Assembly (NCBI RefSeq): GCF_009914755.1
Contig: NC_060927.1
Direction: 5' to 3' (one strand)
Origin: the human T2T-CHM13v2.0 reference genome, Homo sapiens
Length of the DNA stretch: 64,000 bases
Shown: piece after piece, positions 29,958 through 43,916 of the stretch
Layout: every line of letters begins with the position of its first letter
Numbering within the stretch: the stretch's first letter is position 1
Notes under the pieces: generated by a model
The model's input: the letters and a program-made list of their open reading frames with translations, nothing else
What the model was told of the DNA's origin: nothing
Database searches by the model: none
Position numbers and translations under genes: made by a program

Positions 29958-30895
29958 CTGCAATATAGGACTTACTGTCAGACACTGGACCATATAAAGA
30001 TCAGGTCAAACGTACTACATGAAAAGTAATAAAAAATGCTGTTCACATACAAACTAATAGATACAGCAATTTTAACTAGATTTCATTCATAGCTCATTTA
30101 TTGGGCCAGGCAATGGATTTATAGCTTTTATACTTAAAGCAATTGTGTGAATTAAGCATAAGATTTTAGTAGATTTTCAAATTGACAAGAGGGTTCTGGG
30201 GTCCAATAAGTTTGGAAACTACTGTATTAAAACAAAATTAAACACGTTTCTTTAGAGCAAGACTTCAGAGCTTTAATGTGCATACTCTGTCATCAAGACT
30301 GCATGCAATGCTTCAAAAAATATTGGATCATGAACCTATTTCAACTTTTCCCCTGCAAAACCATAGCACCTATTATCTTGAGGATAAATTTCTTGGAATA
30401 TGCCTTGGAAAACACTGATTTAAAGTAATACACCTAAAAGTTCTTTTGATTTAAAAGTTTAGCTTGCCTGATATTAATTTAAACACAAAAGAATACAAAC
30501 TCAAGAAATTAAAATCCTGAAAATAGTTGCAGATACTCAACAGGGGAAAATGATACATGTATAATGTATATACAGAGTACACACATTAATATATAATACA
30601 AATTATGGTAGAAAGTAATTTTCTATTTAGCAATATTGAAAAAAGCTAATACTAACTGCTGAAGAAATAACACAGTTCAGGGAAACAAAACATAAAAAAC
30701 AAAAGTATGAAAGATACAGCTACGTGGTATTTTATACTCTTTAATATTTTATTTTCATGAGCTCTGAAATCATGTATTAAAAATACACAAAATGCGATGA
30801 CAATTCCTCAATACCATTCATTTGGTGGATGTTTTTACTACATTTAAGAAAAAAAAAAAAAAAAACCCCAAAAAAAAAACAGAAATACTTTTTAC

Positions 30896-30974
30896 CACTC
30901 TGGATAATGGTTTGTGATCGGGAGAATCTACCGTGGAGAGCAGTCATGTGTAGTGGGGTTTTCCCATCTTTACT
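30896..30974 (-). CDS. ANKRD28: ANKRD28 coding exon [10 protein letters not shown]...TIIQS(G), 79 nt
   Basis: cccccag acceptor, GTAAAA donor; not in the ORF track, found by manual translation. Confidence 0.93.
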
Positions 30975-31928
30975 CTGGGGGGGGAAGAAAAAAATTACTC
31001 ACTCTACTATATCCATAATGTGTAATCCTTAGTTTTACTTTGAATACCCTCTTGCATCTTTATTTTTATAACTATTTTACATGAATTAAGTTTAACTGAG
31101 GCCTATGGAGGTAAAACAGCTGTTTAAAATTAGGAATTAATTTTTTTAGCACGTGTATCATAAAACACAAATATACAAAAATTCCATGCTTACAATTTAT
31201 AAAAATTGGGAGTGGGACAGTAAGGATGTGTCTCCCAAGTTTCAGATTCAAAATTTCACACTGCTCCAACATTTCCATTCTAAGAAATTCTGAATCCTTC
31301 CTTGACCAAGTAAAAGTGAGTATTAGAATTAACTTCGTGAATTTTGTGTGGATACATTTAAAAAAATAAATACAAATAATTAAAACTACATATATTTGTT
31401 TATAGTTACGTGTACTAAATATTTTCTCAAATCACTTAAAATAATAAATCAGACTGGCTGCACACATATATATTTCATGTAGAAGTTCTAAAGGAGTTCC
31501 AAATATGAAGAAAAACAATCCCTGATTTAGGTTATCTTTTCTTCTGATTAGGTAGTGTCTTTTCTTTTCTAAAATCTTTCAGTTAACCAAAACATACATG
31601 TTACCAACGCAAAGGAAATAAACTACTTAGCAGCTTCCTAATCTCACAGCAACATTCAGCATGCCTTCTGCATAGGTACTAAAATGGAAATGTCACAAGT
31701 ATTCTAAGTTTATGCTAACACTGTACAACGCAGATATTCTTTAAAAATCCTCATGTCTTTATAATAATAATTAGAACATCATAAGTATCTACTTAAGTGT
31801 TTGATTCCATAATATGAATTTTTCAAGTAAACAAGCCATCCAATTGACAAGTAATTTTACAGAAGTTCTAATCTTTTGGAGGCAGTACGAGAAAGGAAGG
31901 GGAGGAGGAGAGAGGATGCATGCATGCA

Positions 31929-32130
31929 CAGGCTCTGGAGTCAGAATAACCTAAGCATGAATCTCAGATCTCCTACTTACCACAAGCAAGATTTTTGGAC
32001 AAGTTGCCTAACTTCTTTGTGCCTTCAGTTCCTCAACTGAAAATGAGGATAATACCATCTACATCTTACTGGTCTGTTGTACAGAGTAAATACAATAATC
32101 CTTTGTAAAACACTCAGATAACACATCAGT
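31929..32130 (+). mobile_element. MIR SINE
   Basis: caggctctggagtcaga...ggacaagttgcctaac...aaaatgaggataata core. Confidence 0.7.
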
Positions 32131-32299
32131 GCTTCTCAGGATATATTTGTTTTACCATTATTTTTCATGTACCAGTTGTTATTTGTTCAACCAGAAAAAA
32201 AAAGGGCAAAAAAGCATCTTGGCAAAAGGATTCTGTCTTTCCAAAATGTTCCAGATAGGATATATCCTAATTTTTAATGTTAATATTTTAGCTATGGCC

Positions 32300-32901
32300 T
32301 TTTTTTTCTCTCTTTTTTTTTTTTGAGACTTGCTTTGTTGCCCAGGCTGGAGTACAGTGGTGTGATCTCAGCTCTCAGCAACCTCCGCCTCCCGGGTTCA
32401 AGTGATTCTCCTGCCTCAGCCTCCTGAGTAGCTGGGATTACAGGCATGCACCACCATGCCCAGCTAATTTTTGTATTTTAGTAGAGATGGGGTTTCACCA
32501 TGTTGGCCAGGCTTGTCTTGAACTCAAGACCTCAAGTAATCCACCCGCCTCGGCCTCCCAAAGTGCTAGGATTACAGGCATGAGCCACCGCACCTGGACT
32601 TTTTTTTTTTTTTTTTTTCCCTTAAAGAGATGGGGGTCTTGGTCTGTCAGCCAGGCTGGAATGCAGTGGTGTAATCATAGTTCACTGCAACCTTGAACTC
32701 TAGGGTTCAAGCGATCTTCTAACAACAGCCTCTGGAGTAGCTGGGACTACTGGCATGTAACATTACACCTGGCTAATTTATTTTTTGTAGAGATGGTCTC
32801 TAAGTTGCCCAGGCTGGTTTTGAACTCTTGGGCTCATGTGATTCTCCAGCCTTGGCTTCCCAAAGTGCTGGGTTTACAGGTGTGAGCCACCATGCCTGGC
32901 C
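32300..32901 (-). mobile_element. AluS (32300-32599) inserted in the tail of an AluJ (32600-32901)
   Basis: Two dimers bounded by one TSD agctat(g/a)gcc. Confidence 0.88.
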
Positions 32902-33132
32902 AGCTATAGCCAATTTTTACAGACATAAGGAAAAACATAGATTCCATTGATAAGAAGGATAAGAAAAACAAGAGGAAAACTAACTAAACAACCCCCACAA
33001 CTCAAAACAAAACAAATAAAAACTTGTAATAATAATTTGATTAACAAAATGATGAAATTTGGAAGATATAACTATAGTTAACATTTATGTATACATAGCA
33101 CGTTTCACGCACAGTTTTAAAACACTTCATAT

Positions 33133-33279
33133 GGTCAGGCACGGTGGCTCATATCTATAATTCCAGCGCTTGGGGAGGCCAAAGCGGAAGGACTGCTTGA
33201 ACTCAGGAGTTTGAGGCTGAAGTGAGCTATGATGGTGCCACTGCACTCTGGGCTGGTCAACAGAGTGAGATTCTGTCTC
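33133..33279 (+). mobile_element. Alu monomer (FRAM-like)
   Basis: TSD acttcatat at 33124-33132 and 33318-33326. Confidence 0.75.
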
Positions 33280-33449
33280 CCCATCTCCCTTCCTCCTAAA
33301 AAGCCAAAACCAAATCTACTTCATATATATTATTTAATTCTCACAACCCTATCAGATTGATACCATTAATCTTGTTTTATAGATGAGGAAATGTAGGCCC
33401 CAGGGTTAAGTGATTTTACTAGGTCTCATAGCTAATAAGTGATGAGTCC

Positions 33450-33596
33450 TTTATTTATTTATTTATTTATTTTGTTTTAGAGACAAGGTCTTGCTATATT
33501 GCTCAGACTAGACTTGAACACCTGGCTCAAGTGATTCCCTCACCTCAGCCTTCCGAAGGTAGCTGGGACTAAAGGCACACACAACTGGGCCTGGTT
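33450..33596 (-). mobile_element. Alu monomer with (TTTA)n tail, inside a MIR
   Basis: TSD ga(g/a)tcctttatt. Confidence 0.7.
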
Positions 33597-35904
33597 AGAA
33601 TCCTTTATTATAAGCCTATATGTGGCACTGGATCAACATTTTTACTTTCTACATACTGATAATAAAACCTATTCTAAGTATACAAAGGAAAAAGAGATTC
33701 AGATTACTAACTAAAAAGTTTGCCATAAGACACGTTAGCGGGGAGAAGGCACAGTTATTTCTTTCTGAACTGGAGAAACAATGTGGAGTTTTCTTTTTCT
33801 TAATCACCTCAAATCACTTTAGCAGAAAACTAGGAGTATTAAGAAAAAAAAAAAGAAAAAGAACAAAAACCAAAATTTAGAGCTACAAAAATCCTAACAG
33901 TTGATCTCACAGGCAACCAAAAACAGTAACTACAAGCCAAACACTTCACAGTATTTTTTTAGGTTTAAATTTCAAAACAAGCATTTGGTGTATTTTGCTT
34001 AGCTGACCAAAATCTATTCTTAAAGAACAATGTGGGTGGGAAAACGTGTGTATATAAATGAAGCAATCAGTGCAGTAAGGCTCATGTCAAGCAGTTCTAA
34101 AAAACAGACCTATACTGCTTTATAAACCTGATTCATTTTACCTCTACCACTTTGCAGGAAAATGAATTTAAAACCTTAGAAACTGAGTTATTACAAACTT
34201 AAATTCACATTCCAATTTCTAGTCATCTATAACTTGATCAAGGTCAGAAACAACAAAATGGAGAATGTAGTAGGAGGAAAAGATTAAGCAGGAAAAAAGA
34301 GGTAATATGGTAAGAATATGAGGGTTAGTAAATCAAATTTTTATAATAAAGGGCAAGTGTAAAGTGTCCCCATAGTCAATCAATAACTTAATAACACCGA
34401 TTTTACAAATTATAAAAAATACAGTTGTCAGGAATGAATATATATTCTTGCTGGATGAAAACTCACAGCTATCAACATATTGTGTGTAAGAGCTGGAAGG
34501 GATCTGAGAAATCAACATGGGAAATGTGTTTCAACAAAATTTGACAATAAAATAATTGGACAATTGCATATAAATGAGATGTCATACACCCTTAGGTGAA
34601 GTTAAGATGACTTTCGTGAAATCTGTTTTGAAACCAACATCACAGGCTGTTGCTGTCAAATCTACTTAAATATATCTTAATGCCTTTGCTAAAAAATTCA
34701 CTTGTCATATATGAAATTCACCACTGAGTTTTCTAAATTATTAAGGAGGTAACTTCAAATAGGACCACTGGTTTGAGCATTTTACTCTAAGTGGGCCTCT
34801 TAGAGGACTGATTCTCAATTCTACATTTCAAAAGAAAATACAGACTTAAAAACAATCACAGGTACTATAGTCACCTAAGTAGACACTAACAGAATCAAGT
34901 GATTCATTATCATCAAATTATATTAAATATTCATGCCAAAATGGCAGTGCATAAAACAGGAAGCCCAATCTCTACCTTTTAAAGACAGCATCATGTGAAC
35001 CAAAAAATGCATAGTAGCTGACGACACAGGTAAAGTTCCGTAATTTCCATAATACTAACACACAAAGATGATTTTATCCACATTCACTATCGTAAACAGG
35101 TCTCACAGAGACTGAGAAAACTTGGTTGTGACGTTTGCTTTTGAAAATGTTAAGATTAATTCCAAATCTTTTATTTTTGAAATAGCCTAACTTTCATTAA
35201 AGAAACATTACTGCGCCTTTGAGGAAAAAACTAACTTTTCTCCTCACAACTGTCTAGATATTTTTCTGGGCCTTGATTATCCAAAGTGCAGGAATTCTTC
35301 AAATTAAAATAAGCAGTTCAAACCTGTAATAAATAAACTTTCTAGTAATTACTTAAACTATAAAAAATGTTACTAGGTGATTTGACCGAGACCTAAAAAC
35401 TTTTAAAAAGATGGTTTAGCTCTAATCATATTAGGGCACTTTGTGACATCTCATGTTTTTTCTTCCTTGGGTGTAGTATGTATACATTTTGTCCTGTAGT
35501 TGAGAGGGCAATTTAAAGCAATGGCCTAATTACAGATGGATTTGTTGCTGTTACAGCTGTCAGAATTGACCCGTGGCATCATTAAAGGCTTCACTGAAGT
35601 TAGGTGAGAAAATCTCATGTAATCAAAATGCTCTGAAAATCACATTTTAAGCTTAAACATTTTTACTAATCCTAAATGGCTCAATTTTGTGTCTGGTTTT
35701 CTTCATACCACCAGATACAGTTTGGCAAGTGCTCAAAGGATGAATTGATAAAATTAATACAGAAACAACTAAAGAATTCTAAAAAATCTAATAAAATGAT
35801 TATATATTATAAAATAGCAATGCTCAAAATCTGGATTGCATGTGCTCTCTTATAAAATTATATAGTGAAAGCATATTTATTTGGGTACAGAATATTCATT
35901 CATT

Positions 35905-36481
35905 TGAGGCAAGGTCTCACCTGTCGCCCAGGCTAGAGTACAGTGGTGCGATCATAGTTCACTGTAACTTTGAACTTCTGGGCTCAAGTGATCCTCCAGC
36001 CTCAGCCTCCTGAGTACCTAGGACTACAGGATAATTTTTAATTTTTTTTTTGGTAGAGATAGAGGTCTTGCTATGTTGCCCAGGCTGGTCTTGAACTCCT
36101 GGCCTCAAGTGATCTTCTCGCCTTGGCCTCCTAAAGCACTGGGATTACAAGCGTGAGCCAGACTGTATCCGGCCAAAATTTTCATTCATTCCTTTATTTA
36201 TTTTTTGAGACAGGGTCTCACTCTGTCACCCAGGCTGGAGGGCAGTAGCATGATCTCAGCTCACTGCAGCCTTGACCTCCAAGGCTCAAAAATCCTCCCA
36301 CTTCAACCTCCCAAGTAGCTGGGACTACAAGCATGAGCCACCATGCCAAGCTCATTTTCTATTTTTTTGTGGAGCCAGGTTATGCTGTCCAGGCTAGTCC
36401 TGAATTCCTAGGCTCAAGTGATCCTCCTACCCTGGCCTCCCAAAGTGGTGGGATTACAGGTAGGAGCCACTATGCCAGCCC
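35905..36481 (-). mobile_element. Two tandem AluJ (35905-36174, 36192-36481)
   Basis: Two antisense dimers. Confidence 0.87.
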
Positions 36482-36609
36482 AGAATTTTCACATAATTCT
36501 AAAATCCAAATGCTTACTCTTGAAAGTGATTCTAACAAAAAAAAACCAAAAAGCAACTATTCCTTATGTGCAACACACTGACAGTTTTTTTTCCCTAACA
36601 CTGTAAAAT

Positions 36610-37180
36610 TTGAAAAGATCTGTAGAGTGAACATCCATATACATACCATCTAAATTGTACCACTAGTATTTTACTCTATGTCTTTTATTGTAGATTCATC
36701 TATCCTTCCATCCACCCAGTTATTTGATGCTTTTTAAAATTAGATACAGACATCATACATGTCACCTCTAAACACAACATTAACTAGGGTTAAACATCTG
36801 TTTAGTATTTTCCTTCTAAGAGAAAATTTATATGCTATGAAAGCATACAAATGAACCACCTTATCAGTTTTGACAAATGTATATAACATAAACCCCTGCC
36901 AAAATACAAAACATTACCATCATCACATAAAGTCCCTTCATGCCCCTTTCCCAGTTGATCCCTCCTCACAATGGCAATAATTGTTGTGATTTTTTTCAAT
37001 TATAGATTCTGGAACCCCATATAAATGGAATTTTATTGGTTCTAGAACCTTACATAAATGGAAAGAATGTACATACTCTTGAGTAAGGCTTTCACTCAGC
37101 ATAATATTTTAAAGATTTATCCATGTTCTTGAGTTTATCAATATTCCTTTTTATTGCTCAATGGTATTCACCATTGATGT
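36610..37180 (-). mobile_element. Old L1M(E) fragment
   Basis: gttttgacaaatgtata, cttttcactcagcataat-like motifs. Confidence 0.5.
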
Positions 37181-37232
37181 TGTTTTAACAGTGACATATG
37201 AAATACTTATAGATTCTGATTTTGTTCCTTAC

Positions 37233-37445
37233 CTTCATATTGACATCGGCCCCATTGCCAACTAGAAGCTCTAAACACAATGCTCCATGTGTTGATGCAG
37301 CAGCAAAGTGCAAAGGAGTAAATCCTTTTTCATTCTTTTGATTCACAATAGCACCACAGTCTATAAGTTCATTCACTACAACATCTTGTCCATTATAGCA
37401 GGCTACATGAAGAGGTGTATTTCCATAGGCATTTGGTTCATTCAT
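37233..37445 (-). CDS. ANKRD28: ANKRD28 coding exon MNEPNAYG...ADVNMK, 213 nt
   Basis: aatag acceptor, GTAAGG donor; two ankyrin repeats. Confidence 0.96.
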
Positions 37446-38065
37446 CTATTAGAAGGGAAAAAAATGCGAATGTTAAAGTAGTTTTGCTAATTATCAATGT
37501 TGTGAGCTATTTTAGCAACCTGTGGTTGCAATCAAATTACTAAAGTGAGAAACGGAGACAAGATAAGTACAGAGATAAGGCTTATAATTCTAAAGTTGGT
37601 TTAAAATAATAAACCCTTGACAAGCATTTTGGTATTACATTGATTTTATACATTCAGAGAATATAATTCACATACACAATGTCTACTTCATGACAAAACT
37701 GAATAATACAAAAGAGGTATTTCAGGGAAATGTAAACTAATGTATTTTTAAAGGCGTTCTAGGTAAAGGATTTACTATAGAATTAATTATAATCATAAAA
37801 AATGAACACAAACTGAAGATTCTGAGGTATATTCAGTAACATGCACATTTTCATCTTTTTCATTTTGCAGTGACAAAGGCTAACCTTAGTAATAAAGTAC
37901 AGATCAAGATTTAAAAAAAAATGAACGGCATGTTCTATTTATTTAATTCATTTTTTGCCACAAACTTGGGCTCTAAATATCTTCCAGTGTCATATGCAGG
38001 TATTTTATCACAAGTAAAAAGAGTATGCTCAAAAATGAGAAACAATTCATGTAATTAAGGGTTTT

Positions 38066-38362
38066 GCTTTTCTTTTTTTTGAGACAGGGTCTCATTCTGT
38101 CGCCCAGACTGGAGTTGAGTGGCACGATCTCAGCTCACCGAAACCTCTGCCTCCTAGGCTCAAGTGATTCTCCTGCCTCAGCCTCCTGAGTAACTGGGAT
38201 TACATGCACACACCACTACCAACTGGCTAATATTTGTATTTTAGTAGAGACGGGGTGTCACCATGTTGGCCAGGCTGGTCCTGAACTCTTGACCTCAAAT
38301 GATCCACCGGCCTCGGCCTCCCAAAGTGCTGCGATTACAGGCGTGAGACCCTGTGCCCAGCC
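38066..38362 (-). mobile_element. AluS
   Basis: Full dimer. Confidence 0.9.
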
Positions 38363-38411
38363 TTGTTTTTCTATTTCTAATAAATAAGGGAATAGTTTAT
38401 ATGATTAGTGT

Positions 38412-38979
38412 GTAGTAAAGAATCTGACCTCTCCCAAAGAGAGGTCTGTCCTTTGCCCCTGGCTTCAGGGAGGTAGGTAATCTAAGATATTCCTGATAAA
38501 AGAGTCTCTATTTAGAGTGGGAGCTTTGGGTCACCAGGTATCATGTATTTGGAGACTGAAATCAACCACATGGACAACCAATCAAGCCATATAATGGAGC
38601 CCCAATAAAAACCGAAAATGAAGCTCAGGTGAGCATTCCTTGTTGGAAATACTTCATTCATACTGTCACACACTGATGCCAGGGAAGAACAGTAATGTGT
38701 CCTGACTCCGTGAAGAGTGGACAAGGGAAATTTTGCCTTTAGAATACTCCTGCACTCTATCCTATGTGTCTCTTCCTTTGGCTGATCTCAGTTTGTATCT
38801 TGTCCCTGTAATAAACCACAACCATGAGTACAAAGCTTTTAATGAATTTTGTGAGACTTTCTGGTGAATTATCAAACCTGAAAGTGGTTTTGAAAGCCCT
38901 CTAAACTTATAGTTGGTCATAAGTAAAGGGTGGCCTTGTGTGGAAACTCTGGACCCTAATCTTGTAGTTGGCCCCAACA
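38412..38979 (+). mobile_element. MER21-group LTR
   Basis: TG...CA ends; tgtagtaaagaatctgacc, gagccccaataaaa, gtaataaaccacaaccatgagta; orientation inferred from the AATAAA sites. Confidence 0.6.
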
Positions 38980-39094
38980 TAATGCAGCTTTAATTAACAT
39001 TTTCTTTTCTGGGATCACTGGTAATAGAAATCAGAGGAAGAAAAAAAGTTAACACTTAATTTTAATCAAAGTAACCTAGATTTTTTCACAAGAA

Positions 39095-39248
39095 GGTAGA
39101 ACACAGACAAGGAACAGATTCTCCCTCAGAGCCTCCATAAGGAACCAACCTTGCTGACCCCTTGATTTAGAACTTCCATACTCTAAAACTCTGGGAAGTT
39201 AAATTTCTATTAGCCCTCCAGTTTGTGGTAATTCTCTAGGAAACTAAA
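39095..39248 (+). mobile_element. MLT1 LTR 3' fragment
   Basis: aaggaacagattctccctcagagcctcc...ccagtttgtggtaatt. Confidence 0.6.
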
Positions 39249-39828
39249 AAAAAAACAAAAAACAAAAAAACACCACACAATTGGGGGCCAGATGTTACTA
39301 AAAGGCTCTAAGTCTGGCCACTTATTTTGATGAACAAATAGTCACCAGAGTTTACAAATGTAACTGACTGTCAATAAAGTCAGTTTTAAAAATTGCACCA
39401 GAATGGACTTCAAACAGTAATCAGAAACAAAGTTGCCTCATTTATCTAGATCAAGGGTCTTTTAAGATATTATTTCACTCTGCTGAAACAGAGGTACAGG
39501 AATTGAGATTTTTGCAACGTCTTCTTGTGATCCTCACACTTTCAGTATTTATTAGCTTGCTTCAGGCAAAGTGTTTCACATGGTCCATCAGTTAAGAGCC
39601 TATTTAGCCCTACAGTTCTGTCATGTATTCTTTGTCCAACCAGGCTATCACCTACTTTTCTTAGTTTTTTGTAGCTGATCTAAACTGTATCCCTCTAGCA
39701 GATCCTTATGCTACATCTTCTAATTTACTGTTTTATTAAAGAACCAATGAGTTCTTCAAAATGTGTGTTTTGAAGAATCAGTGACTTTGTCAGAACTCTC
39801 CCTGAAGTAAGAATAAATACGCTGAGTG

Positions 39829-40113
39829 GGCTGGGTGTGGTGGCTCATGCCTGTAATTCCAGCACTTTGGGAGACCAAGGCAGGAGGGTCACTTGAGGTC
39901 AAGAGTTAGACACCAGCCTGGGTAACAGCAAGACCTCATCTCTACAAAATAAAAAAAATTAGCCTGTAGTTCTAGCTATTCAGGAGGCTTAGGTGGCAGG
40001 ATCACTTGAGCCCAGGAGTTCAAGGTTGCAGTGAGCTGTGATTGTGCCACTATACTACAGCCTGGGAGACAGAGACCCTGTTTAAAAAAATAATAATAAA
40101 ATAAATAAATAAA
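39829..40113 (+). mobile_element. AluJ
   Basis: Dimer with a small internal deletion. Confidence 0.87.
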
Positions 40114-40699
40114 CAAGGGAGTAAAGTACTTATGTTTAAAGGATGGCTTGTGAAAAGCTACAGGTATTCTAAGTTATCTCAATTCAGGAATCAAATATAT
40201 CCAAATAAAGCAGCATCCCCTTTTAACCAAACAGAATTATATAGTAAGGAATACTTACACTTGGTGGGCAAAAAACCTCTTGTTTTCCTGCCTAGCTCTT
40301 GCCAATATTCTGTAATGCAAACTGCTACAGTCATTTTAAGAGAGTATGAGACTAGGCAAAGAAGACTAACAATAACCCAGCTATCTAATAATACAAGTGT
40401 GTCTGATCTGCTGATTCCCATAAATGAAATGGAACTACAGGGCCTGGAACGTGATATAGAAGAAAAACTGGCAATAAAACACCTTTGAAGTGTATTTTAC
40501 CTCTTAACATGCTTTGACTATTTACATGCCTTGATCATAAATCAGTGCACTAGATATTATGTAAAGGACTATAAATATCCAATTAAAACATGAAAACATT
40601 GTATAAAATAATTTCTTAAACCTGAAATAACTTGTCAATAATGTAATAGTAAGTATAAAAGGGTTCCATAATTTTATACTGTTCAATTAATATACCTAC

Positions 40700-40842
40700 A
40701 TCAACTCCAAGATCTAGAAGGTACTTGACTACGCTGATCATTCCACTAGAGGCTGCTGCATGAAGAGGTGTATAAGACTTTTTATCCTTGCATGTCACTT
40801 CAGCTCCATGCGACACAAGCAATTTCACTACTTCAATGTGAC
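40700..40842 (-). CDS. ANKRD28: ANKRD28 coding exon (G)HIEVVKLL...LDLGVD, 143 nt
   Basis: tttag acceptor, GTAGGT donor; phase 1-0. Confidence 0.96.
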
Positions 40843-41013
40843 CTAAAAATGTGTTTTTGAAGAAAAAAATAGAGATGAGCATATGAAAACTATTAAATAT
40901 AATCCCAAATATCTTTAAGCAAATTTAAAAAATGCAAAATAGATGATGCATGACAAGTCATCAATGAATCATGTTAACTTGAGAGAGGACAGAAGGAAAA
41001 TTTTAAGACTTTA

Positions 41014-41320
<307 letters not shown>

Positions 41321-41377
41321 TAGAATTCAGGATAATTTTGGTAAGTGTTGGCAGAGACAATTAGTAATTAAAAAGAA

Positions 41378-41650
41378 TGTTGGCCCTCTGTATACACTAG
41401 TTCCATATCTGCAGATTCAACCAACTGCAGACTGAAAATATTTGAAAACATAAAAACAGTTAAAAAAATTAAAAATGCAGTACAACAACTATTTACATTG
41501 TATTAGGTATTATAAGTAATCTAGAGATGAATTAAAGAACAGGTTATACGTACATACTATGGCATTTTATATAAGGAACTTGAGTATCTTCTGATTTTGG
41601 TATCCAAAGGAGTCTGAAACTAATACCCTAAGGATAACAAGGGACAACTA
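41378..41650 (-). mobile_element. MER2 (Tigger-family MITE)
   Basis: gcagattcaaccaactgcagactgaaaatatttg and ttacattgtattaggtattataagtaatctagagatg. Confidence 0.7.
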
Positions 41651-42079
41651 TAATTCCTTTGATTATGTTATTCAGTGATAACCCTGCAATCTATCATCTT
41701 CCTTTTGCCTAGATCTTGTTTTTGGTCTAAGGTTAGTTTAATACCTTCATAAATTCTAAAGTTAGCTTTTCATTTCTAATGCTGGCATACCATATTGTAT
41801 GTACTTTGCTTTATTGTGCTTTGCAAATATTGCATCTTGTTTCTTAAAAATTGAAAGTTTGTGGCAACCCGGTGTCAAGCAAGTCTATTGGCATCATTTT
41901 TTCCATCAGCATGTGTTCATTTCATGTGTCTGTGTCATGTTTTGGTTATTCTTGCCAATATTTCAAACTTTTTCAATGTTATTTTATCTGTTTTGGTGAT
42001 CTGTGATCACTGATCTTTGACATTCCTACTGTAATTGTTTTGGGGCATCACAAACTGCACTCATATAAAGTGGTGAACT

Positions 42080-42364
42080 GATCAGGCACGGTGGCTCATG
42101 CCTGTAATCCCAATAATTTGTGAGGCTGAGGCAGGCAGATCACCTGAGGTCAGAAGTCGAGACCAGCCTGGCCAAAATAGTGAAACCCTGTCTCCACTAA
42201 AAATACAAAAATTAGCTGGGCATGCTGGCACACACCTGTAGTTCCAGCTACTCGGGAGGCTGAGGCCCGAAAATCACTTGATCCCTGGAAGTGGAGGTTG
42301 CAGTGAGCCAAAATCATGTCACTGCACTCCAGCCTGGATGACAGAGTGAAACTCTGTCTCCAAA
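42080..42364 (+). mobile_element. AluS within Tigger1
   Basis: TSD aaagtggt(g/t)aact. Confidence 0.88.
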
Positions 42365-43612
42365 AAAGTGGTTAACTTAATAAATGTTGTATATTCCAAC
42401 TACTCCATTCCCCCATCTATCTCCTCTTCAGACCTTCCTCTTCACTCAGACACAACAGTATTAAAATTAGGCCAAATAATAACCCTACAGCAGCCCCTAA
42501 GTGTTCAAGTGAAAGACAGTTGCATACCTCTCACTTTAAATCAAAAGCTAGAAATGACTAAGCTTAGTGAGAAAGGCATGTTGAAACGTGAGACAGGCTG
42601 AAAGCTAGGCCTCCTGTGACAAAGTTACCAAGTAGTGAATGCAAAAGAAAAATTCTTCAAGAAAATTAAATGTGCTACCAGTGAATGGACTAATGATAAG
42701 AAAGATAAGTGGCCTTACTGATGATACAGAGAAAGTACTAGTGGTCTGGATAGACGACCAAAACAGCTACAAAATTCGCTTATGCCAAAGCCTAATCGAG
42801 AGCAAGGCCTCAACTTTCTTCAATTCTATGAAGGCTGAGAAAGGTTAGGAAGCTATAGAGGAAAAGTTTAATCCAGCAAAGGTTGATTCATGAGGTTTAA
42901 CCAAAAATGATGTCCCTGTAACAAAAGTGCAATGTGAAGCAGCAAGTGCTGATGTATTAATAGAAGCTGTAAAAAGTTATCTAAAAGATATAAGATTATT
43001 AATGAAGGTGGCTACATTAAACAGCAGATTTTCAATGCAGATGAAACGGCCTTCTATTGGAAGATGCCATCAAGGACTTTCGTTGCTAGAGAGAAATCTA
43101 TGCCTGCCATCAAAACTTCAAAGGACAGGCTGACTCTCTTGTTAGAGGCTAACGCAGCTAATGACTTTAAGTCAATGCTCATTTACCATTCTGAAAATTC
43201 TACAGCCCACATGAATTATGCTAAATCCACTTTGCCTATGCTCTAAAATGGAACAAAGCCTGGATGACAACACATCTGTTTATAACACGGTTTACTGAAT
43301 ATTTTAAGCCCACTGTTGAGACATACTGCTCAGAAAAAAGAAGATTCCTTTCAAAATATTACTGCTTATTCACAATGTACTTGGCCACCAAAGAGCTCTT
43401 ACAGACAAGGAGATTACTGTTGTTTTCGTGCCTGCTAACACAATAGTCACTCTGTTGTCCCTGAATCAAGAGTAATTTCAACTTTCAAAGTCTTATTATT
43501 TAAGAAATAACATTTGAAGTGGATATAGCTGCCATAAATAGTGATTCCTCAAAGTAAATTGAAAACCTTCTGGAAAGGATTCATCATTCTAGATGCCATT
43601 AAGAACATACCT

Positions 43613-43916
<304 letters not shown>

